From positions 372,001-436,000 of the forward strand of contig LSRY02000017.1 of the NCBI GenBank assembly GCA_001643675.2: a DNA stretch of 64,000 nucleotides. The letters are read 5' to 3'. Of this stretch, positions 55,501 through 64,000 are shown one piece after another. The translations under genes and the position numbers were made by a program. Position 1 is the stretch's first letter. Every line of letters begins with the position of its first letter. The notes under the pieces are model-generated. The model saw only the letters and a program-made list of their open reading frames with translations, did no database searches and was not told the DNA's origin. This stretch comes from Monocercomonoides exilis PA203. Lineage: Eukaryota; Protista; Preaxostyla.

Positions 55501-58420
55501 GAAAAGAAATTAACAAAGAACTTGTAAAAGTCAGAAAAGAAAACGAAGAAGAAGAGAGTGAGAGTGAAAGAGAAGGAAGAAGATGCTGAGAAGGATACGC
55601 AAACACGAAAACCTCAGAATCTTTAGAAGGACCATTTGATGACCAAATTTATTCGTCCAAATCTGATTAATTTGAAGGAGCGGCTGCTGAAAGAACGGAG
55701 CAGCAAAAATTTTGTCTTCTTTTATATCATCTTCCTTCTAATCGTCATCACGGCCAGTTGATTGTGAGGCAACTGAATGTTGCTATGTCCAAATATCTTG
55801 CTCTTTTGCTACCTCTTCTTCGGATGTGGAGAAAGAAGCAGAAGATGAAACATGTTCAAATGCAACTTCGATCACTTTCATTACAAATGCTCTTTTGACT
55901 GCCACCAATCTTTTTCTTCTTCTTCTTCTTCTTCTTCTTCATCGTCCTCCTCCTCTTCCTCCTCTTCTGTTTCTTCTTCTTCATAATCTTCATAATCTTC
56001 TACTTCTTCCTCTTCTTCCTCTTCTTTTTCTTTTTCTTCTCATTCTTCTCTCGCTTCTTCCTCTTCTTTTTCATGCACTTAAACATCATATCACATTGCT
56101 TTATCATTGTCAGCACATATTTCATATGATTGGATTTCTTCTTTTTTTTTCCTCATCTTTATATGGGATGATTACAGAAAGAAAGAAGAAGGGTATTTCT
56201 GAAGAAAAAAAAACAGTTGAAAATGAGAAGAAGATTGAAAAGTCAATGAAGAGAATAAAGATGAAGAGATAGAAGAATTCGTTTTGACAGGATATGATGA
56301 ATGGAAATTGGTAAGTGAAAATTGCTGAGATTTTAAAAAATGAGGAAGTCAAATGGAAATGGGGAGAAGTTGGAGGAGAAGAAGATGATGAACCAGAACA
56401 AGAAACAATGTGTCAGGAAGGAATACGTTGAATATCTGAATCATTCTATCTGTTGCTTCTTTTTCATGAGCGTTATGGAGCGCAGATACGAAGAATGTGG
56501 AAGTGCGCTGAGATGTGATACAGTTGAGGGAACATTCGCGGCTGAGAAGCCACGAGGAGGTGCGGGAGAGCATGCCATTACCTCTCCAGGGAAAGGCAAT
56601 AATGAGAGAACAGCGAGAAGGAGGTGAAGTTTTAGCAAGCGGATTAATTATTTGGGAAGACGGGGCTATTAGTGAACTTACAGCAGTTGATACAAGCACG
56701 TGTTTCTGTGGAGACTATGTTCGGCTGTTCTTCTTTTGTAATGAATCAGAAAGGCTCTTCATTCACAGACACTTTCTTATGAATCAGATACAGTGTCCAA
56801 TTGATACTTGTTGTAGCTGCCGAGTGAATCCATTTATTGAGCATGTCTCGAGTACAGCTAAAGATCAATGGATAAACGCGACTGCGCTCCCAAAGGATGT
56901 AGAAGTTCCGTTTTGGAGAATGGTGCAGTTTGAGATACACTAAAGCCATGCTGCTGTTTCAGTCATAAATGTTGCTGATAAGGTTTCCAATCAAGATGGA
57001 AGTTAAGACGGAGTGCATCAAGCTGAAGGGACTTTCTGATATTTCAATTCCAAAAAGATAAATAAGAACAATTATACTGCTTTCAATTGCGATATACGTT
57101 GAGATAAGATGATGTACTGAACTATTGGATTCATCATCAAAAGCGAATTCGATTGAAGCAGCGTTTTGTGCAGAGATGTTGATGTTGGAGAGAAAGACGC
57201 AGGAATTGGGAAGAGCACGAAGATCTGATTGGAAGAGGCTCAGATATCCTCTTCAAGCACAAAGAAGTATGTGGTTGAGGTGAAGATGCTTGTCGGAAGG
57301 AGAAAGGAGAGAGGAGGACACAGCAAAAGATTCGTTGAAAAGGCAGAAAAATGAAGACTGGAAATACACGAAGAATTAATGGAAGGAGATGTGGCAGTAT
57401 GAAAGGGTGCAAAAGTTGCGAAATGCAACAACAATGAGATGGTGGTGACGAAGTGAACAGGAACAAGACTTCACAAGATAGATCCAACTCCTATGTTGGA
57501 AAGGCAATTCTGGCTGTCATTTTCAATCACTGTTGTGAAGATGAAGGAACAGGGTGAAAGCGGGGAGCTGTAATGGTGCGCAGAGGAGCCGATGTCTTGA
57601 TTGACAAATATATGGTAGGCGTTGTTGAATATGATGAAGGTGACTTTGTTGAAGTCGAGATCGGGGTTGGGGTCTGTGTGGGAGAAGTCAAACTCGCAGA
57701 TTGACGTGTTTCAAGCGAAAGAATGCTGAGTGAAGCCGAAGGAAAAGAGGGACTCGTTGATTTGGGCGGGGATGGTGGAGTGTCGGAGAAAGAGGTTCTT
57801 TCCCATGAATACATTATTCAAGACGAAGCAGAAGTTGAGGATGCCTTCGGACAAGTGCGGCTACGACTTCTCGCAGTTGAGGAACACTATTGCAACTCTG
57901 CCCTCGGAAGACTCTTCGCTCACATAACTGGTGAACACGTACGCCTCAGAAGCGCAGTCAAAGGCACATCACCTTACCAAATTAACACAAGAGCTGCTCA
58001 GTTGGATGAGCGCACAATGTTGGTATTATTGGAGGAGTGAAAACCGATTATTGTACTTTGATCTGGGGCAGACAAGCCAGCCAGAGAAGCGGAGCCATCC
58101 AGAGCAGATGGGCAGATAGCCACGAGGGAATTGCTAGGGAGCCAAGAGGTTGAGACTGAGAGGAATTCAAGTTTAGCTGAAGTGGATGCAGAAAAGGATG
58201 CGATAATGATGAAGAGGCGAGGGAGTAGCTTTCGAGAGACGTACGCTCTTCTGCTACATCAACCATTGCATTCGAAAAGCTTTTTTGTTAAGCCCGTATG
58301 GAAAAGGAGCGTCGCGACAAAAGGAGAGGAGCATCAGGTGTGGATATCTGGATGAAGGATAAGAGACGAGGAAGAAATGTGGAGAATCAACGGAGAAACG
58401 AAGGAAGGAAAATAAAATGA
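51820..58420 (+). pseudogene. Decayed large low-complexity gene (right arm cargo, pointing outward), paralogous at its 5' end to the left-arm gene
   Basis: Chain of plus-strand ORF fragments (52798-53367, 53638-53919, 53953-54153, 54889-55281, 56515-56943, 57723-58040) broken by stops. Confidence 0.5.
52818..53186. repeat. (TCT)n poly-Ser trinucleotide tracts
   Basis: Two visible long TCT arrays. Confidence 0.95.
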
Positions 58421-59033
58421 AGATGTTCGTGTGACAAAAGCATTTTTAGTGTTAAAAACAAATATAAACAAATTTCTATTCAATTTTTATTATTCTCTTT
58501 GTTATTTTTCTATATCTTTGTTTGATCAATTTATAAGAATAACTAATTTAAAGAATTTTTTGTTTCTAAACAAAAACAAACCAAACCGTTGTATATCTGA
58601 TAAATATAATGTGTTTCTATTTTGTTTTTCCATTTGTGTTTTTGATATTGTAAATTTTTAACAAATGTTTTAAGATCTTCAATATCAATTTGAAATTTTT
58701 TTTGTAATAACATCATAAAACTAATTTTTATAAGAAATTGATAAATTACGTATTGTTCTAATTATTATCATGTTTTAATAACGTTTGAACGAGTATTTTG
58801 TTCTGTTTGCTTCAGTTTTGATATTTTTTGAATTAGAATTATATGTTTTTTTCTAAATTTGTAATAAAAATAATGAGAAACAAATTTTTATCAACAAACA
58901 AATAATAATTATTATTTTTAAAGCAATCAATTATCATGATCATCATTTTCAATTTTCCAATCAACCCCACCCTTAATGAAAAAATATTTTGATCAAACTT
59001 CGTAAATTTTTATGATATCAAAAAAAATCACCC

Positions 59034-59714
59034 ATATCCTTCTTTTTCTATTCCGCTATATGCTGACCATTTATCAGATTTTAGTTTCGATGTTTTGTCC
59101 ACGTGCTTTTTCACACATTTCACTATTGTCTCTTCTGTTCTATCCGGAATAAATTCAACTTTCATTTTCTGATCCTTTTCTTTTTCTTTTCTTTCAACGA
59201 TTCCCCAGAGCCATTGTTGCTCTCTTATTCTTCCAATTCCGTTCTTGCTTTTTGCAATTAATGTTTCGTCAAGTTCTACGTTTCTTTCAATTCCTAATTT
59301 TTCATTTCGATTCATTTCAATAAATATGCAAATTCTTCTCATCAGTTCGTTGAATTTTAATACAGAAAATTTCGAAGTATTTGTTTCTTTAACTGTTTCT
59401 TCCACAGAGTGCCTATACCAAAAATGGTAGATAAGGCACATAATATTAAAAGGACTGAGTTTTATTATTTCAAAGATTGAATTTTTATTCCAATAGTACT
59501 CTTTTTGACATTTCAAACATCTGTACGAATAATTATTCTTCGCTTTCCTCCATTTTTTTAATTTCATTTTTCTTTTGCACAGTGGGCAAGAAATTTCTTC
59601 TCTAATTAATCCTAACTCCTTTAAAGTGCGCAACGCATAATCATCATTTCCTCCAGAAGCAATAAGAAATTCAGTGAATGTTATCAATGAAGATTTTCCT
59701 TTTTCAGAAATCAT
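59034..59714 (-). pseudogene. N-terminal part of the Merlin B transposase
   Basis: CPLC..YRCLKC zinc ribbon, LGIERNVELDETLI, GR..QQWLWGIVER, IPDRTEET, LKSDKWSAY. The ATG is ~30 bp inside the right TIR. Confidence 0.9.
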
Positions 59715-61145
59715 TTCCACCGAAATAATTAATTGAAAAAAATTTGAAAAATAATAATAATATTATGGGATATGTGATCAATACAAAAAAAATCGAAAAA
59801 ATAAAGTGAAGCAATTTTTATTATTCCGATCGATTTTGGCAATAAAAAATTATAATCTTTCACAATTTTTAATTAAAAATTTCCAAAACAAAGCAGAAAA
59901 AATGGTACAATTCAGACCTATGCCAAATAAGTGATCACTGAAGAGTGAAAAGACTCAATAAAGACATTTGAATATTGATTTCAGCTGATTCACTTTATCT
60001 CAAAACAGTTGTGATAAATAAAGCATATTAATTCAAAAGCTCTTTTCAATGACAAGCAAATTTTGACAAATCTGCAACCCGAAAAAAGTTATGATTTCAA
60101 AAATAATCACCCATTTTCATCAAATTTTCATTCAAACTCACCAAATGTCACCAGCATGAAAACAAATATATGACGCTGTTATTATTTCTATGCTGGTATA
60201 TTTTGATGAGTTAATTTGAAAGTTTAATGAAAATTTACAATCTTCATTTTCACCTGAAAATATAACAACTGAAACTTATCAAAAAAAATTTTATTTGATA
60301 TTTATTTTTTGAACTTTTGTATGAAAAAACTGAGGACAATAAACATCTCAAATAGTGCAGTGTTTCATGGGTTTATCTTTTTGTTTTTCTTGACATGAAT
60401 TTTTGAGAAATTTTTTGATAGAAGAATTTGATAACAAAAAATTTCAACATGATGATATCAAAAATTATTCCAATAATCACAGAATCATTTCATCAATGAG
60501 TTCAATGAAAAATTGAAAAGTTTTTTTCATTTTCATTCTTGAAAAAGATCATTTAAGAACACAAAAAATGTTCTCATTCTTCTCATAAATGAAATGAAAG
60601 AAAAAAAATTGAAATAGATAAAAACAAAAAGATATTTGTGACTTTCCTAAAAAGTTTTTTCCCAAAGAAACGTGATAATTTCAAATTGATAAAAAAAACT
60701 CACTTTTATTGACTTTAAAAATTATCATGTTTCAACAAGATATATTTTCTTCAATATTTTTATCGAGTATAATTGATATTCTTTTCTGTTTGTTTTCCTA
60801 TGTTTAATTCTGATTATCTATTAATCTATTTTTTATTTTATTTTTTTAATTAACATTAAGTCTTTCATTTATAAATAAATCCAAAAATATAATAACGCAA
60901 GATAAACAGTGTTTTTAAGACGCAAAGAAGTGAAAATGAGGAATGAAACAAACACACACAAATCTCTTCTCTTTCTTTTTTGTGCACATTTTTTAAAATA
61001 ATCAAAAGTAATGCACTTTTACATCAATACACAAAATATGTTAATTATTTGGAGCAATCCACCTATTAACCAGTTCATTTTGCACAAGTAATATGACAAA
61101 TAATTATTCACAAGTCACTCTTATAATCAATCTTTGTACAGAGTT

Positions 61146-62602
61146 TTATAACTCTTCTGCATTGTATTCAACAAAGTGTTCTGTATCAACTGGTTTATAT
61201 TCAATCTTTGGACGTGTAAAATCTTCCTCGTTTGCTTTGTGTTGGCGAATCTTCAGTTTTCTTTCAGCATCTTCATCCAACAGCCTGCAGAACTCACGCT
61301 CGTCCTCCATAAATGGATAGAACGTACGCTTGGCAAAGTCTTCCCACTCAAAGATATCATCGCCAATAAAGATGTTGTCAAAGATGGTTCCTGCTTTCAC
61401 CTGCCACAAGTCAAATCCAACATATCGGATGTTCTTTGTCCAATACAATTCATTGGCAAATCTCCAGTTCGGATTCGGAATCGTCGGAGGAACCCATGGG
61501 CCTTTATAATTCGGATTAGGGATTTTCCTGCCAACCCATTTTCCTTTGTAGTTGGGGTTGGGAATCAGCGGAGGCTTCCAAATATGAGGATCATCTTCGT
61601 CTGTCTTGAAGGGAGACATTACACCGCTGAATTCGGGCTTCCGACTACGAGAATTCAGCCAATCAAGATGCTCCTGGTGTCTCAATTCATCTTGAAGCTC
61701 ATCCCAATTGTCTGGCTTTACAGCATTTTCATCGCGTATAAGCGGACGATCATCCCAGTCATCAGGCTTTTGAGGTGCATTTGGATCGTCTATTTCTGGT
61801 CTATCATCCCAATCGTCAGGCTTTACTGCATCTGGATCAGAAATCTTTTCATTCAAAAATAAATGTGTAAAAATGAAAAAAAATTGACAATTTTTTCAAC
61901 AAAAGCACAAACCAATCTTGGTCCAAGTACATCAAACTCATCGCGAAGAAGGCCTGTATAGTTTAATTTCCCATCAATGCGAATTTCAAATGTGTTGCTT
62001 GGCTTTATGATGAGGGTATACATGTGAGTGTAGTTATCATGAACCGTCTCCATCATTGTACGTGTCTGAAATGTATAGTTACCAAATTTCATGATGAAGT
62101 GGAGAGGAGTACTAACATCTGATCTATAATCCGCACCAAACATAATTTCATATGGATCTGATTCACAGAATTTTTTTTGATCAATTTCATCAGACAACAA
62201 TTTAATATATGCACCAGTCATATTTGCTCGTTCTTCCATTTTGACTGTATATGAAATGATTAATAATTTACCCCTATTATCAATGTTTTGGCCAATATCA
62301 GCTGTGAGATGATAAAACTTTTTGTTATCAAGCGTTTTCATTCCAACTTGAACATCCCAATTTCCAAAGAATGTCCCAGCATCCCATCCGACTCTTCCTC
62401 TCATATTATCAGTCTTATGTGCATCAGATTCAACCCATCTTTTTCGCCAATTTTCTGATGTTAACATTAAATATAAGGCAATTCCAAGATTATAAAGTTT
62501 AAATCAAAACATAAAACATATCAAATTCACACTATTAAATTCTTCGGAAAACCAAATCTTCGAGTAAGTTAACGAAAATAACAGGAAAACCACCAGCCCC
62601 AT
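61146..62602 (-). CDS. Calreticulin-family ER chaperone (3 exons)
   Basis: Signal peptide + IWFSEEF, W..RWVES, GAYIKL, YEIMFG, THMYTLIIKP, P-domain (DPDAVKPDDWD; WKPPLIPNPNYKG), GFDLWQVKAGTIFDNI, C-terminal AEEL. Confidence 0.92.
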
Positions 62603-62649
62603 TTTGATTCAACGCGATAATGGAAATGATCATATACCCATAAAATTTC

Positions 62650-64000
62650 ATGGAAGCTCTTGAGAGAGCCGAATCATCCCGTAATGCGGGGCCTGGAGGG
62701 GTCCAGCAATTCTCAGTAAGAATTTGCGTTATAGAATGCAGAGATTTAAAGGCTAAGTGCGTTTTATTTTGATTTTTTTATAACTTTATTCAATTATCAA
62801 ACATAACTATTGTATTAGAAACAAAAATATGATGTCTGATCCGGTGTGCTATATACGCACTTGTGGAGAATCTCAGCACACTACCATAAAGAAGAAAACA
62901 CTTTCGCCATATTGGGAAGAAATGTTTTTCTTTGATGTGAAAGTTACCAGGCAACAATTTAATGATGCAAAGATACAGTTCCAGGTATTTAATGCGAATA
63001 CATTTAAAAGAAACGAACTCATTGGAGCGTTCGAATTTGATTTGGTATGCTTGATTGAATTTTTTGAAATTTAGAATAAAAATCACTTCGAAAAAATTTC
63101 TTATAGTCTCGTGTATATGGTGAAGAAAATCACGAAGTGTGGAGAAAGTGGGTGGGATTGTATAACAATGATGCAGGTGCTGATTTGCAAGGTTATCTGC
63201 GCATTTGCATCACTGTTCTTGGACCCGGAGATATTCCTCCAAATCATGACGATGACGAAGATGATGAAGAGGTCGAAGGAGATGACCTTCAAAAAATGGT
63301 TTTGCTCCCTCCTCAGATTGAAAGGATCGGATATGAACTGCTTGTTCGCGCATATAGAGCTGAAAAATTACCAAAAATGGATACATGTTTGCAAAAAATT
63401 TCCTTGAAGATTTATAAGCAGATTTTTTAATGATGTTTTTTTTTTCATTATTGAAACAAATATGACTTACAGTTGGAAAGGTTGATTGCTTTATCCAAGC
63501 ACAATTTGCAGCAGAAAAGAATGAGACAGATGTGGTGAAAGAAAACTACAATCCAATTTGGAACACCGAGCTCCGTGTGCCTGTGTATGTCCCTGCAATG
63601 ACTGACCGTGTGATGATCCGAACTATGGACTGGGAGAAGCTCGGCGATCCACGTCCGATAGCTACAATGAATTTCAAGTGGTCCTCTATTGTGTTGGATC
63701 ATTTTGGGCCGGCTTGGGTTAACACGTTTGTGTTGTTCATTATTTTAAGCTAAAATAAAAGTTATGTTCTTCTTAAATGATTTGATGCTTCTTTCTCAAT
63801 TAACAAAAAATCTTGGATGATAAATATTTTCATTTATTCCTCATACTCTTTTTTTTCACCTCTTCACACTTGACTTTCATACACAATTTCGACCTCCTTC
63901 AATAACATCCACTTGATTAGATATGGCGCCTACCCCGTCTCAATGCGTGACAAAGCACAGTTCGCAAAGGCCATCACTGCCATTGCGCGAATCAATGCAG
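62650..64000 (+). CDS. Ferlin-family multi-C2 protein, 5' part (runs off the window)
   Basis: C2 domain FSVRICVIECRDL..DPVC..T..K..PYWEEMFFF..IGAFEFDL, KWVGL..GYLRICITVLGPGD, FerI-like VLLPP, RAEKLPKMD, and a second C2 YNPIWNTEL. Confidence 0.85.

Larger units (their letters stand above)
38224..59033. mobile_element. Giant (20,810-bp) Sola2-like DNA transposon nested in the Merlin B transposase
   Basis: TIR GGGTGATTTTTTTTGA(C/T)ATCATAAAAA at both ends, 4-bp TSD ATAT (38220-38223, 59034-59037). Removing the insert restores the Merlin reading frame. Confidence 0.88.
33267..59924 (-). mobile_element. Merlin DNA transposon B (about 5.8 kb once the nested insert is removed)
   Basis: ~180-bp TIRs starting GGCATAGGTCTGAATTGTACC (33267-33446 and 59744-59924), with 8-bp TSD AAATAAGT at 33259-33266 and 59925-59932. 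Contains a split IS1595-type transposase. Confidence 0.93.

Noticed and set aside
31041-58420. Alternative genetic code (TAR=Gln, as in some oxymonads) explaining the internal stops
   Set aside because: Intact host genes end in TAA (HSBP1, ubiquilin, ENTH protein, calreticulin) or TGA, and long ORFs contain no internal TAR.
38258-59031. A 21-kb intron in the Merlin transposase (GT follows ...EGY)
   Set aside because: TIRs plus the ATAT duplication explain the split as an insertion, and there is no suitable acceptor AG at the other junction.

Overview
AT-rich, intron-rich eukaryotic DNA using the standard genetic code. Short GT-AG introns, poly-Ser TCT/TCA tracts and giant beta-helix proteins suggest a metamonad/oxymonad such as Monocercomonoides (inference). 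The left ~30 kb and right ~3 kb hold host genes: a >2,100-aa secreted beta-helix protein, HSBP1, a HRD1-like RING ligase, a C2HC zinc-finger protein, a pseudokinase/helical-repeat gene, an ornithine decarboxylase antizyme with an intact +1 frameshift site (TGG TGT TTT TGA), Rab2, ubiquilin, an ENTH protein, calreticulin and a ferlin. Between ~30.8 and 59.9 kb lies a nested DNA-transposon complex. A decayed Merlin/IS1595-like copy is followed by a Merlin element (33267-59924, ~180-bp TIRs, 8-bp TSD AAATAAGT). Its transposase is split exactly by a 20.8-kb element (38224-59033, GGG termini, 27-bp TIRs, ATAT TSD). This inner element is quasi-palindromic: two outward-facing decayed paralogous genes share an apparently perfect 1,249-bp inverted repeat. 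Between the repeats is an intact 3-exon gene encoding a Sola2-like DDD transposase with a complete USP (C19) deubiquitinase domain inserted in it. All calls come from manual reading; no database searches were run.
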